A stretch of 44,326 bases of DNA. Origin: a virus. The position numbers were made by a program, and so were the translations under genes. The DNA lies in IMG/VR virus record IMGVR_UViG_3300027852_000014, positions 1-44,326 of that record. One strand, 5' to 3'. Under the pieces are notes generated by a model that did not search any database, had not been told where the DNA came from, and saw only the letters and a list, made by a program, of their open reading frames with translations. The first letter of the stretch is position 1. Each line of letters starts with the position of its first letter. Positions 20,973 to 30,255 of this stretch are shown piece after piece.

Positions 20973-23150
20973 TTAGTCTCCTTTTCTATAGTAAAAATTA
21001 CCGTCACGTTCTTTTTTAAATGTCCATATCTGCTTGAACTGGACACTAAAGAACCTGTTACTTAATGGCTTCTCACCATTATTATCACACCAAGCCTTGT
21101 AGTCAACGTACAAATCAAATGCTGATCTGCGTTTTGCCTTAAGTGATTCGGCGAAATTCTTAATAGGATCATTAACAGACGTGAAGTCGTCCATAAGCTC
21201 TTTCTGTTCTTCAAGAACAATAAATGATCCTGCTTCTTTCAGCTTTCTGTATCCGTCATACATCCAGTTGAATATCTCGTTTGGCTTCTTAGCAAGCTTA
21301 CGCTCTAGCCCTATCTCTTTGATCTTGTCACCAGTACCAGCGTCACAAGCATCAATATATTTCTCATTGAACTTAACAATACACAACCTCCGAAGGAAAC
21401 CATCTGTCGTATCGTTGCTCAGCATAAAGCTGTTCATGTTCAGAATATGTTTGCACCGAGGCGTGAACTCGATGGCATCTTTACCTTTTTTAGCAGCACT
21501 GATTTTCTCCCCAGACACAAGCTTCTTAAACATGCTGCTGCTCACACTACTTGGAGCCTCTGTCGCGAGATTAAGCATACTGCTCTTAAGACGTAATGGC
21601 TCGAACTCGTTCTTGAACCGATCAGGGTTTACCATAGACACGTTCTTGTCACCGATGGCATCTGATAAGCACTTAGTGAACACAGATTTACCATTAGCCC
21701 CACTGCCGATAAAGTAGAACGCTTTCTCTAGCCTGCAGTCACTAAACAGACAGTACCCTGCAATCTGTTGGAGCAATGAGTACTTGTCATCAGCATCACC
21801 AGCCACGTCATATACGAACCGTTCCCAATCTGTCCGCTCAACACCACAGTCTGGTGTGTACGAGTAGTCGGCCTGGAATGACGACATGTCGCTCTCGTCG
21901 TGTGGCAGGAAGTCACCACTCTCTAGGCACAGTGTCCCATTTTGGAAGACAAATATTTCTTTCTTGTTGAACACGCTGTATGACGGCGTCATTGATTGGA
22001 TAACAGTCACAACGTTTCGTAGCATTGTAGCCGTTACGCTTTCGCTAAGAACGTCATACACATACGCTTCGATGTCGTTTTTACGACGCTCGCGCCAGCA
22101 GCCACATGAATACTCATAGAAACCAACCTGATCCTGATACGATATATTGTGGCTCTTAAGAACCTCAGTCGCTATCTCATGCTGCGTCGGCTTACGATCA
22201 AGGCCTTTTGTGTCGATACCTTTCTGCTTACACATAGATAGGAAGCGGGCCATTATGTCAGGTGCGTACCGTAAGCCTCCTTCATTAATAATATTCTCAG
22301 CATCGATATAATCTTTTACATTCTCTATAATGTGACGCAGGCCATTTTTTTTCTTGAGTCCTTTTAACGACCCATGCTTCATATAGTGCTCGTTGATATC
22401 TTTACAGTCAGGGCTATGCCACACCTCAAAATCTTTATCGATGCAATACTTAATAGCTTTTGCTAGGAATTTCTGCCCTGCCTCGTCATTATCGAACGCA
22501 AGCACGATCTTATCATGTAGCTTCGCCATTGAATATATGTTGTGCCCAGCATACGACTCATAGCCTTCTTGAATAAATGTAAGGGAATCTAGCGTGCCTT
22601 CGCAGAGTACTATTGGCAAAGGATCTGCCTGAGGTGGCTTGAAGCCAAAAGGCACGCTGTTACCCTTGCTGTATAAGTACTTCGGAGTTTGGTTGTTTAC
22701 GGCTCTGCCTATATGACCATGTACTCGTCCGTTCCTCCAGCAAGGAATTATAATTCTATTATTATTGTAGCCTATTTTCAAGAGATTTATCGTCTCATCA
22801 GTAAATCCACGACTACGCAAATATTCACGCCCGCTTTCAGGCATGGACATGTGCCATCTGGCAATGTCGCGCTGCATGCTGTCAGTGTCTTGAGGAGGCT
22901 TAACCTCTTGACCCGTCATCTCTAAATATTGTTTATATGCTTGGCTATTGTCTCCGCCAAAGCGATGCGCGGCAATCAAGGCAATTACATCGCCCCAGTC
23001 ACCTGTTTTGAAATCGACCCATGAATCGTGATCGACCTTTAATGATGTCATATTGGTTGATCCAGGCTCCAATGACGACGTGCGACCATTGACCACCTTT
23101 TTGCCCATAACATCTTTTATATAATGTAAACAACTTATTTTATGTTTCAT
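20973..23150 (-). CDS. Bifunctional DNA primase (Toprim) / SF3 (D5/P4-type) helicase
   Basis: Toprim VLCEGTLDS and AFDNDEAGQKF. P-loop FIGSGANGKSVF. 725 aa. SD GAGGAG. Confidence 0.85.
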   Translation of the reverse strand: MKHKISCLHYIKDVMGKKVVNGRTSSLEPGSTNMTSLKVDHDSWVDFKTGDWGDVIALIAAHRFGGDNSQAYKQYLEMTGQEVKPPQDTDSMQRDIARWHMSMPESGREYLRSRGFTDETINLLKIGYNNNRIIIPCWRNGRVHGHIGRAVNNQTPKYLYSKGNSVPFGFKPPQADPLPIVLCEGTLDSLTFIQEGYESYAGHNIYSMAKLHDKIVLAFDNDEAGQKFLAKAIKYCIDKDFEVWHSPDCKDINEHYMKHGSLKGLKKKNGLRHIIENVKDYIDAENIINEGGLRYAPDIMARFLSMCKQKGIDTKGLDRKPTQHEIATEVLKSHNISYQDQVGFYEYSCGCWRERRKNDIEAYVYDVLSESVTATMLRNVVTVIQSMTPSYSVFNKKEIFVFQNGTLCLESGDFLPHDESDMSSFQADYSYTPDCGVERTDWERFVYDVAGDADDKYSLLQQIAGYCLFSDCRLEKAFYFIGSGANGKSVFTKCLSDAIGDKNVSMVNPDRFKNEFEPLRLKSSMLNLATEAPSSVSSSMFKKLVSGEKISAAKKGKDAIEFTPRCKHILNMNSFMLSNDTTDGFLRRLCIVKFNEKYIDACDAGTGDKIKEIGLERKLAKKPNEIFNWMYDGYRKLKEAGSFIVLEEQKELMDDFTSVNDPIKNFAESLKAKRRSAFDLYVDYKAWCDNNGEKPLSNRFFSVQFKQIWTFKKERDGNFYYRKGD

Positions 23151-23174
23151 CCCTCATCTCCTCTGCCGACTATT

Positions 23175-23204
23175 AGTATATGTTTAAAAAGAAGCCAAAG
23201 TCAA
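23175..23204 (-). promoter_or_regulatory. Promoter TTGACT-18-TATACT for the primase operon
   Basis: Plus-strand agtcaa at 23199-23204 and agtata at 23175-23180. Confidence 0.6.
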
Positions 23205-23240
23205 GCGATTTTTTAATGTTTTTTTGTTCATGTATTTTTG

Positions 23241-23538
23241 TGTGGAGCCATCCTCCATTTTGCCTCCACAAAACAGCGTTTTGCCTCCACACTTGCCTCC
23301 ACACTCTCGCTTCGGTCTAGTTTTGTTCACCCAAAAATCTATGTATGTGGAGCGTTATGTGGAGGATGGAGGTATTTTGTGGAGGATCAGTGGAGGCAAA
23401 TGTGGAAGATTAAACCATTGATAAACGGCTATTGTGGAGGCATGGAGCCTTTTTTTAAATTGAGTTATGTTTTATGTAAAAGTAAAAGAAATATATATAC
23501 CCCCACAACGACTTGAGTTTTGCCTCCATGCCTCCACA
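23241..23538. repeat. Iteron array (TGTGGAGG / CCTCCACA) with AT-rich core: putative replication origin or master operator
   Basis: Full 8-mers (at most 1 mismatch), forward at 23241, 23346, 23358, 23378, 23401, 23433; reverse at 23263, 23284, 23296, 23531. Half sites at 23252, 23367, 23391, 23443, 23523. A 15-nt inverted repeat (23433-23447 / 23524-23538) flanks an AT-rich spacer. Confidence 0.65.
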
Positions 23539-23655
23539 CTTTGCTTTTTTTATGCTTGATTTTTGACTAAATATACACTAGTGTTTAAACATGAAGGGGC
23601 GGTGGATATTTTTTCTACTTTTATTATCGACTTACCACATCGTCTCTTCCTCCCC

Positions 23656-23684
23656 TTGACATGCCATAACATATCTATTATAAT
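23656..23684 (+). promoter_or_regulatory. Perfect consensus promoter TTGACA-17-TATAAT
   Basis: -35 at 23656-23661 (TTGACATGC), -10 at 23679-23684. The ATG at 23691 is the 7th nt after the -10. Confidence 0.8.
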
Positions 23685-23690
23685 CAAACC

Positions 23691-24248
23691 ATGAAGCGGA
23701 AAGACAAATGGATAGATAAAAACCAGCTGTACACAGTACGGGAAATCGCCTTCAATACTAATAGGTCGATAAAGACAGTATCTACATGCTGGATAAGACG
23801 CGAGGGTCTAAAAGAGTTAACTGGGGCTAGGCGTTCTAATAAAATGCTTGTTGATGGGAAAGATCTAAAGAAGTTTCTCAAAAAAAAGAAAGAACATGAA
23901 ATAAATTCTCAAGGTCGAAAAAAAGGCATATGTGAAATATGCGAGTCAGAGGCTATTCTTAACTCTATGAAAGAGTGTTCTAAATGTGAAACATTAATAG
24001 ACACTATTTTTAATGAAGAGTGTCGCAAACACGATCACGAGAATGATAAAGAGGCTATTTGGAAGCTTATGTATGGAATATTCTCCATACCGCATAATGA
24101 TTTAGAGGAGTACATTGAAAGCAGAGGTAAAAAAGCTAAGCTTGAACTTATGCAAGATATTCAATGGGCTCTTATGGAAGATGATAAAATATTTCTTAAA
24201 AAGGTGCGGGAACAAGCGCCTAATTTATACAGGAGGGTAGTAAGATAA
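23691..24248 (+). CDS. HTH-containing protein, first gene of the late arm (regulator or packaging-associated)
   Basis: 185 aa. YTVREIAFNTNRSIKTVSTCWIRREGLK looks like an excisionase/MerR-type HTH. CxxC...CxxC in the middle. Confidence 0.6.
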   Translation: MKRKDKWIDKNQLYTVREIAFNTNRSIKTVSTCWIRREGLKELTGARRSNKMLVDGKDLKKFLKKKKEHEINSQGRKKGICEICESEAILNSMKECSKCETLIDTIFNEECRKHDHENDKEAIWKLMYGIFSIPHNDLEEYIESRGKKAKLELMQDIQWALMEDDKIFLKKVREQAPNLYRRVVR

Positions 24249-24511
24249 TGAATGCCGGGAATAGATTAAAGGCTGTAAATATCCTTAAAAAGTTTCATAT
24301 AGACTACAAGGATGTAGAAATATTATTAAGTATACTTGATGCTGTTTACAGCTCAAGGAACGCTATTGTTGAGGAAATGGTCGGGGACTGCAAAGTCTCT
24401 TTCTCTCCTGATTCTGGAAAGGTGTTTGTGAATATTGAATTCTCTGATGAGATTATGCTTAAGAATATAGAGCTTGGGATGATTGAAGCAGGGTTTAAAC
24501 TAAAGGAGTAA
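24248..24511 (+). CDS. Hypothetical protein
   Basis: 87 aa with SD AGGAGGG and a TAATG overlap. Confidence 0.7.
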   Translation: MNAGNRLKAVNILKKFHIDYKDVEILLSILDAVYSSRNAIVEEMVGDCKVSFSPDSGKVFVNIEFSDEIMLKNIELGMIEAGFKLKE

Positions 24512-24515
24512 GATA

Positions 24516-24935
24516 ATGCCAGGAAAGGATAATCTTGTTCCGAATAGCGAGAGAACTCGGGAAGAGCTCCGAGCGATAACCACTAAAGGTGGCATTAAAT
24601 CTGGTCAGGTTCGGAGAGAAAAAAAGAAGCTACGTGAATTAGCAACCGATATACTCAATTTAAAGGCACCTGTGCATAAAGTGGAAGCGATTAGAGAGCA
24701 TTATCCCGAAGCGACCTCTAATATGACGCTGAGCGAGCTTATATTGTTCGCGCAGATGAAAAAGGCATCTGATGGAGATGCTAAGGCTTTTGAGTTGCTT
24801 AGGGATACTGCGGGGCAAAAACCTGGTGAAGTGATTGAAACGGTGAATACAAATATGAATACTGATGTCACATTAACTGACGAGCAAATTACAGAGGCTG
24901 GAAATATTATCGCTAAGATGATTAAGGGCGAATAA
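24516..24935 (+). CDS. Putative terminase small subunit
   Basis: 139 aa immediately upstream of the large terminase. Basic N-terminal segment KGGIKSGQVRREKKK. The function is a positional inference. Confidence 0.5.
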   Translation: MPGKDNLVPNSERTREELRAITTKGGIKSGQVRREKKKLRELATDILNLKAPVHKVEAIREHYPEATSNMTLSELILFAQMKKASDGDAKAFELLRDTAGQKPGEVIETVNTNMNTDVTLTDEQITEAGNIIAKMIKGE

Positions 24936-24937
24936 GA

Positions 24938-26443
24938 ATGGCTCTGACACCTGCTCAGCTTGGAAAGGTATTGATATCACAAGGGTTTGAGGTATGGATG
25001 ATGGCTATGTTCTCTCAAATAGAGGGGCGTGTATTTATTAGAGAGCCTCTGCACGATAATATATTCAATGCATTTGATCGGCTATATAAAGGTGATAAAG
25101 ATGTCCAGTACCTTAATCTAAACATATGTCCACGTGCTGGAAAGACTATAAGCTGTTGTTATTTCATTGTTTATGCCATTATAAAAAACCCTAGCTGCGA
25201 GTTTATATACACCTCTCAATCAGCAAAGCTGCTGCGCGAGGTTTCTGACAATATATCAAAGATACTTAATAGTGAAATATTTAAGGCTATGTACAATCTT
25301 TCTTCTTCTACTGAGGAGAAGGCTACATCATTTGTAGACGACTACTTCAGAGAGTACTATGAAAAGACGCAAAAGGAAGAAAAAACAACGTTTTCATCGT
25401 CATTAATTAAGGTTTCTGGGGCCAAGATCCATCTATCTCCTTTGGGCGGGCAGATCGTAGGGCTTGGCTTTGGAGTGCGCGGAAGTAATGGTTTCTCAGG
25501 CGGACTATTCCTTGATGATATTGACAAACCTTCTGATGTAAAGACATCAATGGTTATCCGTGAAAAAACGCACAGTTTCTTTTCTGACACTCTTGTCACC
25601 CGTGCTAATAATCCTCATGCGCCTATTGTTAATGTGCAGCAACGCATCTGTATTGGTGATATGTCATCGTTCCTTGAAGAGGAGTATGAGTTTAAAACAA
25701 TTAAGGCCCCTTTATTTAAGAATGAGGTGCTGCAGCTGCCGTCTATGTATGATGAACGACGATTGAGAATAATTAAACGTAACGAGGCTGACTTTCTTGC
25801 GCAGTACCAGCAAGATCCTATTATGGATGGAGGGACTATCTTTAAGAAGGCATGGTTTGAGAATGTTGATAGACTGCCAGATGAATTTGAAAAGACATTT
25901 GCAGTAGCTGATACGGCGTATGGTGAAAAACAGACAAATGATTATACCGTGTGTAGCGTGTTCGGGATAAAGGATGATAAGCTATACCTTGTGAATGTGT
26001 TTAGACGACGCATATCGTCGATTGACATCCCTCAATGGCTGGAGACGTGTTTACGGAAGTATGAGGATACATTACATTATGTATGGATTGAGCCAAAGGC
26101 AAGTGGAATAACATTGCTTCAGGGGTTCCAAAGGTATTCTTCATTCATAAATGTGCCTAAAGAGGAAGAGACTCGTGAACATATGAAGCGCATTAAGGAC
26201 AAGGTGGAGCGCGCAAATGACGCTTCTGTGTTTATTAACGACCAAGAAAAGAACATATTGATTTACGAGGGCATCGACTGTTATAATGACATTATGGCTG
26301 AATTATATGCATTCCCTAACGTAAAGCACGATGACTTCGTGGATACATTCGTAGACGGGATTGCTCTTTTTGGAAAATATTATAAGAACTCAACATACGA
26401 CTTTACGGAGATGCTTGGGTTTGTGAACAGTTTAAGGGGATAG
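24938..26443 (+). CDS. terL: Terminase large subunit
   Basis: Walker A CPRAGKT, Walker B GGLFLDDID, RNaseH-like nuclease Asp motifs AVADTAYG and KHDDFVDT. Confidence 0.9.
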   Translation: MALTPAQLGKVLISQGFEVWMMAMFSQIEGRVFIREPLHDNIFNAFDRLYKGDKDVQYLNLNICPRAGKTISCCYFIVYAIIKNPSCEFIYTSQSAKLLREVSDNISKILNSEIFKAMYNLSSSTEEKATSFVDDYFREYYEKTQKEEKTTFSSSLIKVSGAKIHLSPLGGQIVGLGFGVRGSNGFSGGLFLDDIDKPSDVKTSMVIREKTHSFFSDTLVTRANNPHAPIVNVQQRICIGDMSSFLEEEYEFKTIKAPLFKNEVLQLPSMYDERRLRIIKRNEADFLAQYQQDPIMDGGTIFKKAWFENVDRLPDEFEKTFAVADTAYGEKQTNDYTVCSVFGIKDDKLYLVNVFRRRISSIDIPQWLETCLRKYEDTLHYVWIEPKASGITLLQGFQRYSSFINVPKEEETREHMKRIKDKVERANDASVFINDQEKNILIYEGIDCYNDIMAELYAFPNVKHDDFVDTFVDGIALFGKYYKNSTYDFTEMLGFVNSLRG

Positions 26444-26444
26444 G

Positions 26445-27785
26445 ATGAAGCTTTTAAATAAAGTACGTGACAGCTTTTTTCAGCTACGGGGCAATAGTAA
26501 CCGTGCTAATAGCATAACAAATAACTTCCACACTAAAAATATATTGAATGCAGATAATGTTATCTATCGTGGAGAGCGTATTATATCTCCATACGAGTTA
26601 GAAAACCTATATCTGAATAACCCTTGGGTTAAGAAGTGCATAACATTAACAGTAAAAGAAGTTTTTAAAAGTGGTGCCAAGCTTAATCTAGAGGGCTCTT
26701 ATAAAGAACAGGAAGATGACTTTTGGAAGTTCTTCCGTTCTGAATATGAAGAAACAGTAAAGAAAGCATTCTTTGAAATGCTTCTCTATGGTGGCGCATT
26801 AATCGTCAAACGTGATGAGATGCAGGATCCATTAGGTGAATATGAGCTATCTGAAGATACAGAGCTTTTCAATATTCCTTACACACAGTATTTTGGAATC
26901 CCTAACTACATTGAAGGGACTGCTATTATCGATGGCGCGTCACAATGGACCATCGGAACCGCTGGGCAAGTGTCTCCGTCATTCGCTGTTTCATTTGCTG
27001 GAGATCATCCTCCATATAGCCGTCAACAATATTACAAGTATCAAGGTATCGGCACGATTGAATCAAACCTTGATCTAATTAAGCTGACTGATGTAATTAT
27101 GAGCTCATTGGCGAATAGTACGTTCAGAAACGGCATTATCACAATGAAGATCAATAAATTGCGCGATTCTATCAATTCTGGAAGTCGTGAAAAAGCTACA
27201 CAGTTTTTCTCATCTCTTGAACTGATTAATAAAGGGCTTAATTCAACAGCTATGATCCAAATTGATAAAGATGATGACGCGTCTGCTATTAATCTTAATG
27301 TTGCTCAGTACGAGAAAGTACTTGAGTTGTCATTAAAGACATTGATCGGTGCATTTGGTTTTTCAGCTACTAAGCTTATGGGGTCGTCACCAGATGGTAT
27401 GAATGCTACTGGCGAGTCAGATATTTACATGAATATCGAAACAATTGAAGAATACCAAGAACAGGTAAAGCCTCAGATGGAAGAGATCATAGAGATAGCT
27501 TTATTTAAGTTCTTTGGTGAAGAGGTTGCTTTTAATCTTGAGTATAATTCGCTCCGCGTCATGTCTCCAATTGATGAGGTAAATTATGATAAGCAGGCTA
27601 TCGAAAACTCAATCAATTTACAAGATGTGGATAGTGAAGAAGGCCTAATGTACTTACTTGATAAGAACGTTATTACTCCTGAACAGTATGATGAGCAGAA
27701 AAAGCGTATTAATGAATTGAATGAAATAGACACACCGCAAGAAGGGGAAGAGGATGAAAACGATCAAGGGCGTAAAGCATCCTAA
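26445..27785 (+). CDS. Portal protein
   Basis: 446 aa directly after terL with an acidic C-terminus. Assigned by synteny. Confidence 0.8.
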   Translation: MKLLNKVRDSFFQLRGNSNRANSITNNFHTKNILNADNVIYRGERIISPYELENLYLNNPWVKKCITLTVKEVFKSGAKLNLEGSYKEQEDDFWKFFRSEYEETVKKAFFEMLLYGGALIVKRDEMQDPLGEYELSEDTELFNIPYTQYFGIPNYIEGTAIIDGASQWTIGTAGQVSPSFAVSFAGDHPPYSRQQYYKYQGIGTIESNLDLIKLTDVIMSSLANSTFRNGIITMKINKLRDSINSGSREKATQFFSSLELINKGLNSTAMIQIDKDDDASAINLNVAQYEKVLELSLKTLIGAFGFSATKLMGSSPDGMNATGESDIYMNIETIEEYQEQVKPQMEEIIEIALFKFFGEEVAFNLEYNSLRVMSPIDEVNYDKQAIENSINLQDVDSEEGLMYLLDKNVITPEQYDEQKKRINELNEIDTPQEGEEDENDQGRKAS

Positions 27786-28482
27786 GAAGATCGAGGCTGA
27801 ATATTACCGCTCTATCCGTAAAATGGCGGGTGATATATATCGAGTATTTCGAAAGAATGTGGATCTAAAGGACTTTTCCGATTCACGCTCAACGCAAATA
27901 TCCGCCTTTGATAAAGCGGTTGATAAAATCGTTAGACGATCGAATGTCATTGCCTCTATTTATACGGAACGTTTGTATAAGTATTTCAATCGGTCGTTCC
28001 AGAAGAATACGGCTAAGGTTGATTTCGGTATAAATATCCGTCAATTAATGAAGGGTGATATTGAAACTGTCAGTCTTTTAGGTGATAATGCAGAGATGTA
28101 CATAGAGAAGTACGGAAATGACGTTGCTTCTTGGCTTAAGGGTGCTGTAAGACAGAATTATGTTGAAGGTGGCTCGTATTCCAATCTTGTGAAAGAGATT
28201 AAAGAGCGTGCGGGGGTAGACAACAGGAAGGCAAAGCTAATTGCTCGCAATGAGTCTGGCAACCTAATAGGAACAATGAATGTTAAGCGTGGCGACGACC
28301 TTGGTGTAAAAAAAGGCGTTTGGCGCACAATGAAAGACGAGCGGGTACGTGAAAGTCATAGAAAAGCTGACGGAAAGGTATTCGACTTGAAAAAAGGATT
28401 AATGGTAGATGGTGTATATACGTGGCCATCACTTCCAATAAGATGTAGATGTTATCTTGAATACGTAATAGAAGGAAAGTAA
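27754..28482 (+). CDS. Mu F / SPP1 gp7-like minor head protein
   Basis: ARNESGN...WRTMKDERVRESHRKADGKVF matches the W..D.R.R..H...G signature. Confidence 0.8.
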   Translation: MKTIKGVKHPKKIEAEYYRSIRKMAGDIYRVFRKNVDLKDFSDSRSTQISAFDKAVDKIVRRSNVIASIYTERLYKYFNRSFQKNTAKVDFGINIRQLMKGDIETVSLLGDNAEMYIEKYGNDVASWLKGAVRQNYVEGGSYSNLVKEIKERAGVDNRKAKLIARNESGNLIGTMNVKRGDDLGVKKGVWRTMKDERVRESHRKADGKVFDLKKGLMVDGVYTWPSLPIRCRCYLEYVIEGK

Positions 28483-28701
28483 ATGAAAAGAGATGGGTTT
28501 AGGTTATTTGAACTGCATGTAAGGCTGCGGCATTGCTCGGACTATAAGAGATCTTGCAAATACATCAAGGAAGCAGCAAGACTACAGTCAAAGCTTAGCA
28601 AATCAGCATTCAAAGAAGAATTTATTTACTTCCGAAGCATCTTCAATAGATCTAAGGCTAAGTTTGAAGAGCGCTATTTTAAAAAGTATGGAGCAGCATA
28701 A
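28483..28701 (+). CDS. Hypothetical basic protein
   Basis: 72-aa ORF with SD GAAGGAAAG. Confidence 0.6.
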   Translation: MKRDGFRLFELHVRLRHCSDYKRSCKYIKEAARLQSKLSKSAFKEEFIYFRSIFNRSKAKFEERYFKKYGAA

Positions 28702-29774
28702 TGATTTACATTAAAGATAAATTAACTATCGACGCGAGCAAGAAGAAAGTTACGATCGCACGTGATGGTATTTATAAGTATTTAGGTGAAGAAATTGGCA
28801 TTCCAGGTGATATGAATATCTACAACGTAATGCGCTCGACTGAATCGTGCACTACTGTACGTGATAAAATCAATGAGCATGGATGTATCCCAGTAACAAT
28901 CGAGCACCCTAAGAATTTCGTCAATCTTGATGACACTAAGTCTTTCAAGCGCGGCGGCGTAGGAAAGTGCGAACTATCTGTGAAGGATGGATGTAATGTT
29001 GTTGAGGGTGAAATGGTTGGCTTAAGTGCTGACGTTAAAGATTTAATCGACCAAGGGTCAGAGGTCTCTTTAGGATCTCGGGCAGAAATTAGGAAGGTTG
29101 AAAATCCTGAGTATTCATTTATAATGGATGTTACAGATGTAAATCACGTGGCGATTGTTGCTAATGGCCGTTGTGGAACAACTTGTAAAATCAAAGATGC
29201 TGATTTTAAGAAACTAATTATGGAGGAATTAAGCATGGAACTTAAGCAAAAGAATGCTGACTTGCAAGCAGAGAAAGAAGTTTTGGAAGCAAAACTTGCT
29301 GACGCTGAGGCGAAGTTAGAAGAAACTAAATCTGAAGCAGTGGCTGAAGAAGAAGTGATTGTAGAAGCTGAAAAAACTGAAGAAACTGTAGAAGCAACTG
29401 ATGCGGAAACAGAAAAAACAGAAGAAGTGGCGGAAACAGAAGAAGCTAAAGAGGAGTCTGCGGCAAAAGAACAAGAGCTTGTTGATAAAGGAATCGACAT
29501 GGCATTTCAAAAAGGACAGATTGCATTGAAATTTGTAGATGCAGGTCATTTGAAGGCGGCTGATTTAATTGGAAAGAAGCCTTGTGAAGTAATTGACACT
29601 AAACTAAAAGAAATTTTCGGACTGGAAGAAGTATCTGATTCTGATCGCACTGGATTGATTTCACTCGCACTTAAACCACAGGTTAAAGACGGATGGAACA
29701 ACTGGGGCGTAAAGACTGAAGACAAAAAAGCTTCAAAAGAAGGAAAAAGCATTTTAGGGCGGATGTTTAAATAA
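28701..29774 (+). CDS. Scaffolding / prohead core protein (DUF2213-like by recollection)
   Basis: RDGIYKYLGEEIG...IPVTIEHP N-terminal domain, then an E/A/K-rich coiled coil. Lies upstream of the capsid gene. Confidence 0.7.
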   Translation: MIYIKDKLTIDASKKKVTIARDGIYKYLGEEIGIPGDMNIYNVMRSTESCTTVRDKINEHGCIPVTIEHPKNFVNLDDTKSFKRGGVGKCELSVKDGCNVVEGEMVGLSADVKDLIDQGSEVSLGSRAEIRKVENPEYSFIMDVTDVNHVAIVANGRCGTTCKIKDADFKKLIMEELSMELKQKNADLQAEKEVLEAKLADAEAKLEETKSEAVAEEEVIVEAEKTEETVEATDAETEKTEEVAETEEAKEESAAKEQELVDKGIDMAFQKGQIALKFVDAGHLKAADLIGKKPCEVIDTKLKEIFGLEEVSDSDRTGLISLALKPQVKDGWNNWGVKTEDKKASKEGKSILGRMFK

Positions 29775-29805
29775 TAACCAAATATAAAACTAAAAGGACT
29801 GAATT

Positions 29806-30240
29806 ATGGCATTATATGATAGCGCTAACATTCAAGAAATTCTAAACAACGGTGCATATGCTCCATTGACTGGAATCTCTAAACCAATGGTTGAAGCAGT
29901 TGTAGACTTACCAACACCACTTAAAGCTGGTCAAGGTGTAAACATCGATGCTGCTGGAACCGTAACACTTGCAACTGATAACGCAACACACGTTATTTCA
30001 AAATCACACTTAGGACTTACAGATAGCACATATCAAGTAACTGACTTTGCAAAAGCGATCCCTGCGGTTGTTTTGGGCCAAGCTATTATTGATTGTGAAA
30101 TGAAGCCTGCGGAAGTAATCGTTGCTACTGATACAGTAACATTCTCAGCTGGTCAAATCATTAAAGCTGTTGGCGGCGAAGCTCAAACTTTTGTAGCAGA
30201 AGCTGTTGAAGGCAATACTGTACGTATCAAGTTCAAATAA
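29806..30240 (+). CDS. Head-associated structural protein (decoration or capsid accessory)
   Basis: 144 aa between the scaffold and the major capsid gene. Strong SD. Confidence 0.55.
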   Translation: MALYDSANIQEILNNGAYAPLTGISKPMVEAVVDLPTPLKAGQGVNIDAAGTVTLATDNATHVISKSHLGLTDSTYQVTDFAKAIPAVVLGQAIIDCEMKPAEVIVATDTVTFSAGQIIKAVGGEAQTFVAEAVEGNTVRIKFK

Positions 30241-30255
30241 TAGGAGACTGTAATA

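Noticed and set aside
23241-23538. A possible CRISPR array, because of the many short repeats
   Set aside because: The repeat units are only 8-11 nt, occur in both orientations, and are irregularly spaced without spacer-sized unique segments. This is an iteron/operator architecture, not CRISPR.
23591-23659. 22-aa ORF (MKGRWIFFLLLLSTYHIVSSSP) downstream of a TTGACT-16-TTAAAC promoter-like site in the origin region
   Set aside because: It has no SD, is very short, and overlaps the -35 of the strong late promoter. The -10 candidate is poor.
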